Notes: generated by a model from the sequence alone, not told the origin. A stretch of 64,000 nucleotides of DNA from an uncultured Bacteroides sp. (GCF_900547205.1 NZ_URFY01000005.1:58459-122458), one strand, 5' to 3'; shown: positions 35,222 through 46,138, counted from the stretch's first letter. Made by a program: numbers and translations.

Positions 35222-37363
35222 TTAGAAGAACAAGTAACGAGTATCTTTCACGTTTCCTTTCAGATACAAGTCGTTCATCAAACGGCTGGCAAAGCGTGCG
35301 TGCATATCAGACAACGTAGCTTCTTCAGTCTTTGCGTCGAATGTATCGTTCAGTTTGTCCTTGCCATATACTTGCAGTACAAATACTCCGGCGTTACCTT
35401 TGATTGGAGCACTCAACTGGTTCACCTCGGCAACTGATGCGTAAGCGCCAACCAACGGTTCGCTACTACGCAATGCAGACACATAAGCAGGAGCGGCAAA
35501 TGTAACCATCTTCAAAGAATCGCTAACTGCGTTCGGCATAGACTTGTACTGGTCGAGTGAAGTTGCATTGGCAGCTTTCATTTCAGCCATAATCTTCTCA
35601 GCTTTCTTATCTTTCACGATTTCAGCTCTCAACATATCTTGCACGGATTTCAACGGACGGTATCCTTCCGGTTTGATGTTTACCAGACCTACTACCATCA
35701 TGTGATCGCTTTCCCCACACTCGTACAGTCCTGATACTTCACCCGGTTTAGCCTTATCGAATGCCCATCTCAAAGCCTCTTTGGTACCTCTCACACCGCC
35801 GATGCCGTGTTCTGCACTACTCAAATCTGCTCTGTCAAGCAATCTGTATCCGGCTTCTTCAGCATTGGCAGCCATTTTCTCTACAGAAGGATTGGCAGCG
35901 ATAAACTGGCTGAAGTCATTGTAAGCACGATTATAAGTTTCTTTGCTGAACTCAACTTCACGTTTGATGACAGCTACTTTATATTTATCCTTCATGGCTT
36001 TTTTGTTAGTTACCTGAAGGATAACGTTAGCTTGTCCCATCGGCAAGTTCACCCATTCGTTCACACCTGCATTCGTGATAGCAGAAATGTATTTCAGGTT
36101 ATCACCATCAATCTGAACACCTTCGTATTGTGCAGAAGTAAGCCAGTTAGGTTCTCCGGGTTGACCGTATTTCTTTGCCAAGTCTGCAAAGTTAGCACCA
36201 CCTTTAAGAGCAGTATAAATACTGTCGGCCAAAGTCTTAGTCTTAGCAGGATCTGCTGCGTATACCTGAATCTGACGGAACTGGATAGAGTCGGGAGCAG
36301 TAGTCTTACTAATTACTTTGAATGAATTGATTGTATTGTCGGCACCATTATAATAAGGACCGTATACAGAACCTACTGAAGCAGAGTCCAAACGTGCCAC
36401 AACATCCGACGGGAAAGCTGTCTTGTTGTAGTACAAGTCTACATAAGGAGCTTCCGAGCCAGCCAGACGAACCACAGAAGTATAATCTTCCGTTGCCGCA
36501 GCCAACTGTTCGGTAGATTCATCTACCTCTTTCTGGATAGCAGCTCTGTCTTCCGCACTTGCAGTAACTTGCACATCGATATACTTGATATCACGAGTTT
36601 CCTGATATTGCTTGAACTGTTCTTTTTTCTTGTTATACAAGTCTTTCAGTTCCGACTCCTTCACAACGATAGTAGAATCTACTACAGAAGAATAAGGAAC
36701 GGCAGCCAACAACAGGTTGTACTGGTTTACTCTTGCGTCGAAAGCATCCTGTGCTTCTACCGGATTAGAGATAAGCGCTTTGGACACCAATGCCTGATAC
36801 TTCTCTGCCAGACGGCTTTGGATCAATGTCTTTTGGATGAACGACCAGTATTTATACATATTATTGTATTGTTCTGCATACTGTGCCGGCATCTGAGATT
36901 CATTCATCTTAGCATACTCTACCAGAAACTTGTTCAACATATCCTTATCAAAGTTTCCTGTCTGGGGATTTTGAAAAGGAGTCTGACGAAGCAACGGATG
37001 AACGCCCGCTTTCAGGATATCCTGAATTTCAGCAGTTGAAACTGTCAGTCCCAATGCTTTTGCTTCTTTTTCAATCAGTTTATTGTTAACGTAGGAACGC
37101 CATACTTCATCGCGTACCTGACTGGTTTGCTCATCATTTAAGGCGGTCAGCCCACGCATGAGTTTCACTACTTCGGTATATTCTTCTACCAAATTCTGAT
37201 ACTCCTGAGCGGAAAGAGCGTCTCCGTTCACCTCACCTACGTCATGTGCCTGATGTGGCTGCATCACCTTCCAAGCGTCACCCGCAATGAAAGCAAACAG
37301 CGCCAAGCCAATAACAATCACCAATAGAGGTCCTTTCGACCTGATGTTTTGTAATGTTGCCAT
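35222..37363 (-). CDS. ppiD: Periplasmic chaperone / peptidyl-prolyl isomerase PpiD-SurA family
   Basis: N-terminal signal anchor (LLVIVIGLALFAFIAG), 713 aa, with a parvulin-like segment. Typical PpiD size. Confidence 0.8.
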   Translation of the reverse strand: MATLQNIRSKGPLLVIVIGLALFAFIAGDAWKVMQPHQAHDVGEVNGDALSAQEYQNLVEEYTEVVKLMRGLTALNDEQTSQVRDEVWRSYVNNKLIEKEAKALGLTVSTAEIQDILKAGVHPLLRQTPFQNPQTGNFDKDMLNKFLVEYAKMNESQMPAQYAEQYNNMYKYWSFIQKTLIQSRLAEKYQALVSKALISNPVEAQDAFDARVNQYNLLLAAVPYSSVVDSTIVVKESELKDLYNKKKEQFKQYQETRDIKYIDVQVTASAEDRAAIQKEVDESTEQLAAATEDYTSVVRLAGSEAPYVDLYYNKTAFPSDVVARLDSASVGSVYGPYYNGADNTINSFKVISKTTAPDSIQFRQIQVYAADPAKTKTLADSIYTALKGGANFADLAKKYGQPGEPNWLTSAQYEGVQIDGDNLKYISAITNAGVNEWVNLPMGQANVILQVTNKKAMKDKYKVAVIKREVEFSKETYNRAYNDFSQFIAANPSVEKMAANAEEAGYRLLDRADLSSAEHGIGGVRGTKEALRWAFDKAKPGEVSGLYECGESDHMMVVGLVNIKPEGYRPLKSVQDMLRAEIVKDKKAEKIMAEMKAANATSLDQYKSMPNAVSDSLKMVTFAAPAYVSALRSSEPLVGAYASVAEVNQLSAPIKGNAGVFVLQVYGKDKLNDTFDAKTEEATLSDMHARFASRLMNDLYLKGNVKDTRYLFF

Positions 37364-37483
37364 TTTGATTAATACGATTTATGTTTATTATTATTTCTTT
37401 CTAATTGTCGTTTTAGCGCACGAAGATACAAAAAATGCTAATATGCATCTATTTATTAGCTAAAAATTTATTGGTAAACCTCA

Positions 37484-38740
37484 TTATTCAATGACTTTTA
37501 GGCGAACGAGTTCGATTTTAGTCGCTGTCACCTTGATTATCTTGAACTGATAGCGACCCACTTGAATGACTTCATGCAATTTCGGAAAACTCTGATATTG
37601 ATTCAAAATCAATCCGCCCACCGTCAGATATTCATCCGATTCGGGCAAATCGAGGTCGTATGTCTCGTTTACTTTTTCTATTTCCAGACGGGCGGACAAC
37701 ACATATTCGTGCTCGTCAATCTTCTTGCTGATATAAGAGGTGTTATCGTGTTCATCTTCTATATCACCGAAAATCTCTTCCACCAAATCTTCCAACGATA
37801 CAATGCCGGACGTTCCGCCAAACTCGTCCACTACAACGGCTATCGTCTTTTTCTGCTGCATAAAGAGCTTCATCAACTTGTTGGCAGCCATCGTTTCGGG
37901 CACAATAGGCACTTGTTTCACATTCTCGTGCCAGTCTTTCGGGGCGCGAAACATTTCCGACGAATGGATATAGCCCACTACATTGTCTATATTGCCATCA
38001 TATACGATAATCTTGGAGATTCCCGATTCAATGAAACGGATCTTCAATTCTTCCAGTGACGTGGTGAGGTCTACAGCTACCACTTCGGTGCGCGGAACGA
38101 TACAATCACGGATTTTAATGTTCGAGAAATCCAGTGCGTTCTGAAAGATTTTCACTTCCGCATCCAGTTCTTCTTCATTCTCGGCATTATCTATGCTGCT
38201 TTGCACAAAGTAATCGAGGTCTACTTTTCCGAAAGCCTTGTCGGAGGCATCCTTATTTATCTTCATTCCGAAGATACGGAGGAAGAGACAAGACAGTCCT
38301 GAAGCTAATTTGGAAATCGGATAAAGCACGATATAGCAGATGATAAGTGGAATAGCGGAAATATTCAATACCAGGTTCGGGTTGATCTTAAACAAGGTCT
38401 TGGGTAGGAACTCTCCGGTCACCAGGATAATCAAGGTAGAAATAATAGTCTGCGCCAGCACCATCAGGAAATGATTGTCGATGAAACCTGCCAGCAGATT
38501 GTCTCCAATCACCTGTGCCATCAGAATACCGTAGATGACCAGTGCAATATTGTTTCCCACCAGCATGGTGGATATAAATTCGTTAGGATTCTTAAAGAAG
38601 ATAGAAAGGATGCGGGAGGTAATTCCCCCTTTACGCTCCATCTCGAAACGCAGCTTGTCTACCGATACAAACGCAATCTCCATTCCTGAAAAGAAAGCGG
38701 AGAAGAGCATGGTGATTATTAAAGAGAGATAGATATTCAT
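37484..38740 (-). CDS. CNNM/CorC-HlyC family protein (DUF21 + CBS pair + CorC_HlyC; GldE-like in Bacteroidetes)
   Basis: N-terminal 4-TM DUF21 region (MNIYLSLIITMLFSAFFSGMEIAFVS), then CBS-domain motifs and the transporter-associated C-terminal domain. Confidence 0.85.
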   Translation of the reverse strand: MNIYLSLIITMLFSAFFSGMEIAFVSVDKLRFEMERKGGITSRILSIFFKNPNEFISTMLVGNNIALVIYGILMAQVIGDNLLAGFIDNHFLMVLAQTIISTLIILVTGEFLPKTLFKINPNLVLNISAIPLIICYIVLYPISKLASGLSCLFLRIFGMKINKDASDKAFGKVDLDYFVQSSIDNAENEEELDAEVKIFQNALDFSNIKIRDCIVPRTEVVAVDLTTSLEELKIRFIESGISKIIVYDGNIDNVVGYIHSSEMFRAPKDWHENVKQVPIVPETMAANKLMKLFMQQKKTIAVVVDEFGGTSGIVSLEDLVEEIFGDIEDEHDNTSYISKKIDEHEYVLSARLEIEKVNETYDLDLPESDEYLTVGGLILNQYQSFPKLHEVIQVGRYQFKIIKVTATKIELVRLKVIE

Positions 38741-38743
38741 AGT

Positions 38744-39394
38744 TTATTTCACAGAATCTGTTTTCACTGCATCCGGCAGTGGCTTTGTTTCCGGTTGCAC
38801 CTTCTTCGCATCATCCTCCACATAGAAGATACCTTCAATATTGCGAATGACATAGGTGGTCATTTGTTGATTGGAGTCGAAACCATGTCCGGTTATCACA
38901 CGGTCGGGCTGCTGAATACGGATAAACTTGTCAGAATAGACTTTCTGGGTAGCTTCGTTCCAATAAAGCAGTTCGGTGTTGAAGCGTTCTCCTTTCCGGT
39001 TCTGTATATCAACGTTGCCAATGAGTTTCCATAATCTTTCTTTATCATAATAGTAGGCGGTATCCGCTTTGATACTGGCTTCTACATGAAAGATGGAATC
39101 AAACTGCTCCAGATATACCCCCTTCTCAAAGGCCCAGTAAGAAGGTTTCTTGCGATCGTAAACCAGCCATTCTTCGGTGTTCACCCGATAGCGCGTCACT
39201 CCTGAATCGGAGATAAGCGTAGTCACTCCCATTGTTTGCATCACGGGAATAGAATCGCGTTCGGTGATAGCCTCTCCTACAGCCTTTTGCTTACCTCCAC
39301 AGGAAGAAAATAAAAGAAGCATAACAATTGCCCCGAAGGCAATTGTTATGCTCATGCTTATATGCAATAAACTGTTTGTTCGTTTTCGCGACAT
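38744..39394 (-). CDS. LptC-like periplasmic protein (tentative); alternative start at 39355 gives a lipoprotein signal
   Basis: About 200-aa protein with the signal/lipobox MLLLFSSC. Its position directly downstream of the CorC/GldE-like gene matches conserved Bacteroides synteny (from memory). Confidence 0.5.
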   Translation of the reverse strand: MSRKRTNSLLHISMSITIAFGAIVMLLLFSSCGGKQKAVGEAITERDSIPVMQTMGVTTLISDSGVTRYRVNTEEWLVYDRKKPSYWAFEKGVYLEQFDSIFHVEASIKADTAYYYDKERLWKLIGNVDIQNRKGERFNTELLYWNEATQKVYSDKFIRIQQPDRVITGHGFDSNQQMTTYVIRNIEGIFYVEDDAKKVQPETKPLPDAVKTDSVK

Positions 39395-39399
39395 ACGGA

Positions 39400-40722
39400 T
39401 TATCTAATCGTTGTAGTCTCTCCAATCCAACCGCCGATTGTGATGCGGTCGCCAGCTTTATAACCTAACATAAAAAGGTCTTTAGCTTGAGGAGTATGAG
39501 CAGAATATGTGCTAATCAGTTTGTTTGCTTCTTCAGCTACACTCGGGTCTACTTGTTTAGCACGTTGCAACTTATCGATAATTGCAAAGTTTGTACATTT
39601 GTTCAATGCGGGCTCATCGCTCCAGTTAGGACTCAATGCATACAACTTAGCAATCAAGATATAAGGATCACCGTAGTTCTCATTGAGAGCTATAGCCTTC
39701 TGGCAATAACTTCTTGCTTGAGTTAACTTCTTTACAGATGCCAATACAGCAGCAGCTGAATATGCTTTCTCTGCTTTTTTCACATTGTCAGTTTCCAATT
39801 GGATAGCTTCATCGAAGAACTTTATCGCGCCATCGATATCTCCCTTTTTGAAAGCTTGAAGAGCACATCCGTTAGCCGCTTCAGCTGTAGGTTCAATCTT
39901 ATAAGAATAGAAAGATGCCTGCTGATAAGCTTCACTATCTGTACATTTCATCATCTTCATGATGTCGAGTACTTTCTTCAAATATTCCAAATCCGTCTGG
40001 TTAGCTTCCACTTTCGGACCATAGATGCCTTGCAAAGATTCACAATCAGCAGTACCACTGTTTACGAACAGGGCTACCAAGTTGTCTTTGATACCTTGGA
40101 AATTCTTTTTCTTAGCTTCATTCGTTTCAGCAGCGATAGCAGCATCTGCATATTCAGAAGCAGCCAGATAATCCTGAATGAATTGTTCCTTATGTGCAGG
40201 ATCTGATTTCAGTTTATCCAATGACATTTGCAGGAAATAGAACAAAGTAGCGGCAGCAGATTCGCCTTTAGCAGCATTCACCGACTGGCTCAACCATTGG
40301 TAAGCCTGATTAACGTCGATTTTTGGAGCCAACGCAATGTAGTCTACAGCTTTGATGCCCAGTGCTTCTTCGGGAGAAGATACTTTTGTACCTTTCGCCA
40401 GGAAGTCGGGAGTATATTTGATACGCAGGTCGTGCGTTTTCATCAATTCATCAAAGTATTTCTGGTAATCCGGATTATTCTTGTCATTGATTTGCGCCAT
40501 CAAGCCTTTCAGAATTTTATATCCGTCAGTAAAGGTATAGAAACGAAGTGTCGGGCAGTTTTCCAACACAGCTTTCCATGGGGTATACGCATCTTTAAAG
40601 TTGCCAGCACGCACAGCTTCATGCGAAATACTACTGTTCGAGTTACAGTTCGCATCCTGTGCTACCACAGTGGTCGCCCCTGCCGAGAGGAACAACATAG
40701 CTACAAGCGTTTTAATCTTCAT
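39400..40722 (-). CDS. Secreted TPR-repeat protein
   Basis: Signal peptide MKIKTLVAMLFLSAGATTVVAQ. Repeated TPR-like helical hairpins (AIKFFDEAIQLETDNVKKAEKAYSAAAVL, ARSYCQKAIALNENYGDPYILIAKLYA). Confidence 0.6.
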   Translation of the reverse strand: MKIKTLVAMLFLSAGATTVVAQDANCNSNSSISHEAVRAGNFKDAYTPWKAVLENCPTLRFYTFTDGYKILKGLMAQINDKNNPDYQKYFDELMKTHDLRIKYTPDFLAKGTKVSSPEEALGIKAVDYIALAPKIDVNQAYQWLSQSVNAAKGESAAATLFYFLQMSLDKLKSDPAHKEQFIQDYLAASEYADAAIAAETNEAKKKNFQGIKDNLVALFVNSGTADCESLQGIYGPKVEANQTDLEYLKKVLDIMKMMKCTDSEAYQQASFYSYKIEPTAEAANGCALQAFKKGDIDGAIKFFDEAIQLETDNVKKAEKAYSAAAVLASVKKLTQARSYCQKAIALNENYGDPYILIAKLYALSPNWSDEPALNKCTNFAIIDKLQRAKQVDPSVAEEANKLISTYSAHTPQAKDLFMLGYKAGDRITIGGWIGETTTIR

Positions 40723-40781
40723 TGTATTTAAATTTTAGTTGTTAGTATAAAATCTATATTCTCGTCTCTTTCATCAAAATA

Positions 40782-42074
40782 TTACTCAACTCTGCGTTTG
40801 AAGAACCATTTTTCGTTGAACGTTAATCCGATGCTCACACGGAAAATGTTCTCGTTCACCATATTTGTTTCCAGTCCTTTGACGCGGACGAACTGTCCAC
40901 TGATGCTCAAGATAGAGCGAGAACGGGGAACAGGCAAACCGAATCCGGCTGTTATTCCGTATTCGCTAGCAGCCTTTTTACCGTCAATCTTATAATACGG
41001 AGTCGTATAATAAGCTCCCAAACGGTATTTGATATGGGAGAAGTAGGAACGGGCTATCAAACTAGGGATATATTCCGCGCCCACTGATATTTTATGACGA
41101 TCATTGTAAGCATAGGTTTCGTTGAAATCTTCACTTACACTTGCATCACCCGGTGCATTAATGCCGAATTTCGTTTTCGACCATTGTTGCAAGCTATAAT
41201 CTGCGCCTACTGTGAGACGTCTGTCATAGTTGTACGTAAATCCGACTCCAAACGTATTGGGAAGCTCAAGTGTAGCATCCAAATCCTGACTGGAAGTCGT
41301 ACTGGCTTGCGTCGTCACTGTATAATCGTTATTCAGTTTATGCTTCGGAGAAAACACGGCTCCAAGCGTTGCTGAATGTTTCTTACCAAAGTTCTGAGTG
41401 TATTGTGCTCCAAAATCCAGTTTATAATCCGACACGGAAACTCCCATCTGCTGTATGTAAGAGCTAGAACCTGCAGTTTGAGGATAAACCACTGTTCGCG
41501 AGCGGGTTATGTCTCCCCAAAAGTAAGAAGCATTCACACCCAGCGAAAGATTCTTCAGCACTTTCACACCAATTCCGGCATACAACTGATGCAAACCTCC
41601 GTCGCCCGTAAAGCTTCTGGAATAGTTCAGAGTATTGCCGGTCTGTTCTTCGGTATACGATTGCGTATCCGACACCGTATATCCCACGTTGGAGTACGGC
41701 AACAAACCGATGCTCATCGCTACTCGCTGATGCAATCGGAACTGCATAGCCAGATAGTCGAAACTGGAGTTCTTAGCGTTTAGCTTCATGCCGCCGCCAC
41801 TAACATTCATATTTTGTAAACTGACGCCTCCTTCAAACAGGAATGTCAACGAGTCAATGGCTGTATACGAAGCAGGATTAAGCGGATTGATTTGCATTCC
41901 GTCACGGAGTCCAAAAGCAATACCTCCCATCGCTTTGCTATTTCCGAAACTTTGATCGGACAAGTCGCCATAGCCATATCGTGTATAAGGAGAGTTTGTA
42001 TTATTTTGAGCGATTGCCACTCCGGTAACCATCGTGAGCAAAAGCGCACAAATTGTGTGTTTAAATCCTACCAT
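40782..42074 (-). CDS. Outer-membrane beta-barrel protein (putative porin family)
   Basis: Signal peptide. Alternating amphipathic beta-strand pattern with a C-terminal aromatic residue (ending ...FFKRRVE). 430 aa. Confidence 0.55.
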   Translation of the reverse strand: MVGFKHTICALLLTMVTGVAIAQNNTNSPYTRYGYGDLSDQSFGNSKAMGGIAFGLRDGMQINPLNPASYTAIDSLTFLFEGGVSLQNMNVSGGGMKLNAKNSSFDYLAMQFRLHQRVAMSIGLLPYSNVGYTVSDTQSYTEEQTGNTLNYSRSFTGDGGLHQLYAGIGVKVLKNLSLGVNASYFWGDITRSRTVVYPQTAGSSSYIQQMGVSVSDYKLDFGAQYTQNFGKKHSATLGAVFSPKHKLNNDYTVTTQASTTSSQDLDATLELPNTFGVGFTYNYDRRLTVGADYSLQQWSKTKFGINAPGDASVSEDFNETYAYNDRHKISVGAEYIPSLIARSYFSHIKYRLGAYYTTPYYKIDGKKAASEYGITAGFGLPVPRSRSILSISGQFVRVKGLETNMVNENIFRVSIGLTFNEKWFFKRRVE

Positions 42075-42792
42075 TATTATAGTTTAAAATTCTATTTAAT
42101 CCTTTCAACACTAAAAATCTATCCGCAAAGATGCCATTTTTTACGCTGCTGGCAAAAGAAAAATCATCTCCGCCCGTTAAAAAAACCAAAAGTTCAGGAT
42201 ATTTATGCTTCATAGACTCAATATAACCTGAAATTTCGTATTCAATGCCTTTCATGACTCCGGCGCGGATAGCTGTTTCCGTGTCCCTTCCCATCGGGAG
42301 TTTGCGGCCTTCCGCATTTACCAGAGGCAAACGTCCGGTAAACTGATGAAGCGCTTTGAATCGCATTTGCATACCGGGAGAAATATTACCACCATGATAC
42401 TGTCCTTTTGAGTCGATAAACTCGTAGGTGATACAGGTTCCGGCATCAATCACCAACAGGTCACGGTGGGGAAATCGCTCATTGGCTCCCAGTACGGCCG
42501 CCATCCGGTCATAGCCCAATGTTTCGGGCGTTTCATACAAATTGACCACCGGAAGCGGAGTATGCTGATCGAGCCACAGCAAAGGGAACGTCAAAGCAGC
42601 CAATTCACTGCGTATTTGTTCGCTCAGGTCGATGACAGTGGCAACGATTCCCCGCTCAATAGAAAATCGGGAGCAAAGTGATTGCAAACACCCCAGCGAC
42701 TGATTGGATTCGGTGAAAACCTCTACCATCTCACCGCCGTCGAAGAGAGCCACTTTGGCTGTTGTATTTCCTATGTCGATAATTAAATTCAA
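42061..42792 (-). CDS. coaX: Type III pantothenate kinase
   Basis: N-terminal [17 protein letters not shown] (CoaX/Bvg accessory factor signature), DRMAAVLGA, and the [23 protein letters not shown] region. Confidence 0.9.
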   Translation of the reverse strand: MNLIIDIGNTTAKVALFDGGEMVEVFTESNQSLGCLQSLCSRFSIERGIVATVIDLSEQIRSELAALTFPLLWLDQHTPLPVVNLYETPETLGYDRMAAVLGANERFPHRDLLVIDAGTCITYEFIDSKGQYHGGNISPGMQMRFKALHQFTGRLPLVNAEGRKLPMGRDTETAIRAGVMKGIEYEISGYIESMKHKYPELLVFLTGGDDFSFASSVKNGIFADRFLVLKGLNRILNYNNGRI

Positions 42793-42874
42793 TGCATTTT
42801 CATTTTTAGCGAGCGCAAAGGTAAGTAAAAAAAGTAAAGTTGAAGCACATACAGCAGGAATTATCTAAATTTTC

Positions 42875-43075
42875 TCGTCTCCCTCTTGGGGAGTCTCGTT
42901 CAACCCGGAGGATGAATTTCTGTCAGACGCTGGGCGAGTCACCGCCAGACGTGGGATGAGCGTCCGTCAGCTATGGGATGAATGCAACCGAGCCCGGCTG
43001 TGAATCTCTTTATCCCGTGGCTCAGGAGCCGCCTGATGCAGACGCGAAAACACTCCGATTTGACTTCCCGAAAAA
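42875..43075. other. GC-rich (about 57% GC versus about 42% in surrounding sequence) noncoding block with multiple short hairpins and repeated GGGATGA(A/G) words; candidate structured RNA or decayed gene fragment
   Basis: Read directly: ctccc-tctt-gggag and ctggcg-agtcac-cgccag hairpins, and GGGATGA repeats at about 42953 and about 42975. It lies in a 517-bp divergent intergenic region between coaX and the DUF4105 gene. No convincing ORF on either strand. Confidence 0.4.
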
Positions 43076-43106
43076 TCCCCCTATCTTTTGACGACGACGA
43101 TTATTT

Positions 43107-43140
43107 ATTTCTGTTCTCTTCTGTTCTGTTCTTTTCTGTT
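43107..43140. repeat. Pyrimidine-rich simple repeat (TTCTGTT)n about 5 units
   Basis: ttctgttctcttctgttctgttcttttctgtttt, read directly. Confidence 0.7.
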
Positions 43141-43276
43141 TTACGTGCGCGTATAGCGCATAGTCCATTTGATGCTCAGAAGTTTAAAGACATATTTAAC
43201 AGTTGGTTTAACACTCAAAACGACGATAACCTGTGTGTTATCTGCGTGCAAACGGCAAAATTCAACTATTTTTTCG

Positions 43277-43284
43277 TATCTTTG
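43277..43284 (+). promoter_or_regulatory. Candidate -7 box TATCTTTG for the DUF4105 gene
   Basis: Matches TAnnTTTG. It is 26 bp upstream of the ATG at 43310. Confidence 0.4.
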
Positions 43285-43309
43285 CCACCGGAATAAAACA
43301 AGCCTATTA

Positions 43310-44503
43310 ATGAAAATGAAACGCTCTTTTTTATATATTGCCTTCTCCTTGTTCCTGTTGCTCTTGCCCTTCAGACAAGCTACTGCCAACAGCAACGACT
43401 CTATCCGTCTCAGCCTATTGACCTGTGCTCCCGGAGAAGAGATATATTCCTTATTCGGACACACTGCCATCCGCTACGAAGATCCGGCGCAGGGGATTGA
43501 TGTGGTATTCCACTACGGGTTATTCAGTTTCGACACCCCCTACTTTCCCCTTCGCTTCTCTCTCGGACAAGCGGATTATAAAATGGGAGCGACAGACTAC
43601 TCGCACTTTGCAGCAGAATATGATTACTTTGGGCGTAGCGTATGGCAACAAACGCTGAACCTGACAAATGAAGAAAAAGCAGAATTAATCAGACTGCTAA
43701 GAGAGAACTATCGCACCGAGAACCGGACATACCGTTACAATTTCTTCTACGATAATTGTGCAACCCGCCCCCGCGATAAAATAGAGGAGAGCATCACCGG
43801 AAAAGTGATTTACCCCACTGAACCGCAGGATGGTTCGCTTTCCTACCGCGATATTGTTCATCAATGTTGCGAAGGACATCCGTGGTCACGCTTCGGCATC
43901 GACCTATGTCTGGGAAGCGAAGCCGACCAACCCATCACGTTGCGGCAAATGATGTTTGCCCCGTTCTATCTGATGGATGCGTTTGCCGGTGCACAAATCG
44001 CGAATGACTCCATTCAACGTCCGCTAGTGACTGATAGCAAACAGGTGGTATTTGCCACCCCCGAACCGGAAGGAGGCAGCTGGTTGCCCACTCCGCTCCA
44101 GTGCTTTCTGCTCTTATTCATACTGACGGCTGCCGCCACCATCTACGGAATCCGGCGGAGAACCGGACTTTGGGGACTCGACCTGCTACTCTTCGGTGCA
44201 GCAGGCATCGCCGGATGTATATTGGCTTTCCTTGCCATCTTCTCCGAACACCCTACTGTCAGCTCCAATTTCCTGCTGTTGGTATTCCATCCGGGGCAAC
44301 TTCTTTTCCTCCCTTACATCATTCAATGCGACCGAAAAGGGAAGAAATGTTGGTATTTAGCCCTGAATCTAGTGGTTTTAACACTTTTTATAGTGCTTTT
44401 TCCCGTAATTCCTCAGAGATTTGACTTTGCTGTTGTACCTTTGGCACTTTGTTTGCTGATACGTTCTGCAAGCAATTTAATAGTGACATCTAAAAAGAGA
44501 TAA
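43310..44503 (+). CDS. DUF4105 domain-containing membrane-associated protein (lipoprotein N-terminal domain-like)
   Basis: Signal peptide MKMKRSFLYIAFSLFLLLLPF from the ATG at 43310; the ORF track begins 47 codons upstream. Conserved N-domain motifs (LLTCAPGEEIYSLFGHTAIR, YNFFYDNCATRPRD) and C-terminal TM helices. Its stop overlaps the next start (TAATG). Confidence 0.75.
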   Translation: MKMKRSFLYIAFSLFLLLLPFRQATANSNDSIRLSLLTCAPGEEIYSLFGHTAIRYEDPAQGIDVVFHYGLFSFDTPYFPLRFSLGQADYKMGATDYSHFAAEYDYFGRSVWQQTLNLTNEEKAELIRLLRENYRTENRTYRYNFFYDNCATRPRDKIEESITGKVIYPTEPQDGSLSYRDIVHQCCEGHPWSRFGIDLCLGSEADQPITLRQMMFAPFYLMDAFAGAQIANDSIQRPLVTDSKQVVFATPEPEGGSWLPTPLQCFLLLFILTAAATIYGIRRRTGLWGLDLLLFGAAGIAGCILAFLAIFSEHPTVSSNFLLLVFHPGQLLFLPYIIQCDRKGKKCWYLALNLVVLTLFIVLFPVIPQRFDFAVVPLALCLLIRSASNLIVTSKKR

Positions 44504-46077
44504 TGAAAGGACTACTAACTTCCCTTATAACCGTACTCACCTTCACCGGGCTGCAAGCCCAGTCGTTGCCCGTTGCCCCTAAACTAGTGGTGGGGCTGAC
44601 GATTGACCAACTGCGTACGGACTATCTCGAAGCCTTTTCTACACTTTACGGCGAGAAAGGCTTCAAGAGACTATGGAAAGAGGGAAGAGTGTTCTATAAT
44701 GCACAATATACCTTTAGCGGTGTAGACCGCGCTTCTGCCATAGCTGCCATTTATAGCGGTACGACGCCCTCCATGAACGGAATAATCTCCAATCGCTGGA
44801 TGGACGCCTCCACCCTCCGCCCCGTCAACAGCACGGACGACACGGCCTACATGGGTTACTACACAGACCAGACCAGCGCGCCCACCCAACTGCTTACTTC
44901 CACCATTGCCGACGAGCTTAAAATAGCGACCCAAGGCAAAGGACTCGTATACGCCATCGCTCCCAACTGCGATGCCGCCATCTTCGCCGCCGGACACGCC
45001 GGAAACGGTGCGTTCTGGCTCAACCCCAACACCGGAAAATGGAGCGGAACGACCTACTACGGGGAGTTCCCCTGGTGGGCGAGCCAATACAACGACCGAC
45101 AAGCCATTGATTTACGCATTGCCGGCATGACTTGGGAACCCGTATTTCCACGGGGAATGTACAGCTTCCTGCCAGATTGGCGGGACGTGGTCTTTAAATA
45201 TAAATTTGATGACGACCGCCAGAATAAGTACCGACGCTTCATCACCAGCCCTTTTGTGAACGATGAAGTGAATGCCCTTGCCGAAGAAGCATTGGGGAAA
45301 AGCTCCATTGGGATGGATGACATTACTGACTTATTGGCACTTACATATTATGCAGGAAACTACGCACATAAATCCGTACAGGAATGTGCCATGGAAATAC
45401 AAGATACATACGTCCGCCTAGACCGCAGCATAGCCGACCTGCTCGACCTGCTTGACAAGAAAGTTGGATTGCAGAACGTACTGATTTTCATCACTTCCAC
45501 CGGATACACGGATAGCGAATCGGTTGATTCGGGACTCTACAAGATACCGGGCGGAGAATTCTACCTGAATCGCTGTGCCGCCTTGCTCAATATGTACCTC
45601 ATGGCTACCTATGGCGAAGGAAAATATGTGGAAACTTATCACAACCAGCAAATTTACCTCAACCATAAACTGCTGGAACAAAAGCAACTCAACCTGATAG
45701 ACATTCAGCAAAAGTCTGCCGAATTTCTGATGCAGTTCAGCGGAGTGAACGAAGCATATTCCGCCCACAGGCTGCTGCTGGGTTCGTGGACTCCGGAACT
45801 TTATAAAATACGTAACGGCTACCACCGTAAACGTTCGGGCGACCTCGTGATCGACGTCCTCCCCGGATGGAGCATCGTGGACGAAAACACCAGCGAGAAC
45901 AAAGTGGTGCGCCATTCTTATATACCCTCGCCACTCATTTTCATCGGTCATTCGGTGAAACCCGCTATCATCCAGACTCCTGTAACAACAGACCATATTG
46001 CGCCTACAGTGGCTCATTTCATGCGCATCCGGGCTCCCAACGCCTGCACTTCTGCTCCTATTACCGACCTACGGTAA
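44503..46077 (+). CDS. Alkaline phosphatase / nucleotide pyrophosphatase-phosphodiesterase superfamily protein
   Basis: Signal peptide. The metal-ligand-type region LVVGLTIDQLRTDYL is near the N-terminus. Partner gene of DUF4105 in Bacteroides (from memory). Confidence 0.75.
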   Translation: MKGLLTSLITVLTFTGLQAQSLPVAPKLVVGLTIDQLRTDYLEAFSTLYGEKGFKRLWKEGRVFYNAQYTFSGVDRASAIAAIYSGTTPSMNGIISNRWMDASTLRPVNSTDDTAYMGYYTDQTSAPTQLLTSTIADELKIATQGKGLVYAIAPNCDAAIFAAGHAGNGAFWLNPNTGKWSGTTYYGEFPWWASQYNDRQAIDLRIAGMTWEPVFPRGMYSFLPDWRDVVFKYKFDDDRQNKYRRFITSPFVNDEVNALAEEALGKSSIGMDDITDLLALTYYAGNYAHKSVQECAMEIQDTYVRLDRSIADLLDLLDKKVGLQNVLIFITSTGYTDSESVDSGLYKIPGGEFYLNRCAALLNMYLMATYGEGKYVETYHNQQIYLNHKLLEQKQLNLIDIQQKSAEFLMQFSGVNEAYSAHRLLLGSWTPELYKIRNGYHRKRSGDLVIDVLPGWSIVDENTSENKVVRHSYIPSPLIFIGHSVKPAIIQTPVTTDHIAPTVAHFMRIRAPNACTSAPITDLR

Positions 46078-46130
46078 AAGAAAACTCACAAAAACAGGGC
46101 GTAAAGCATAAATAAATCAGCATTTTAATG

Positions 46131-46138
46131 TAACTTTG
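46131..46138 (+). promoter_or_regulatory. Candidate -7 box TAACTTTG upstream of secA
   Basis: Matches TAnnTTTG. It is 45 nt upstream of the secA ATG. Confidence 0.4.

Noticed and set aside
42875-43075. RNase P RNA, tmRNA or SRP RNA in the GC-rich block
   Set aside because: I could not find the conserved cores: GGAAAGTCCGG or ACAGAAnCCGGCTTA for RNase P, a tRNA-like GGTTCGAnTCC 3' end for tmRNA, or the SRP domain IV motif. It is kept only as an unclassified candidate.
42982-43296. 104-aa ORF in the coaX / DUF4105 spacer
   Set aside because: Low-complexity translation (DDDDYLFLFSSVLFFSVL) driven by the GC-rich block and the TTCTGTT repeats. It overlaps the promoter of the DUF4105 gene and has no signal of selection visible in sequence.
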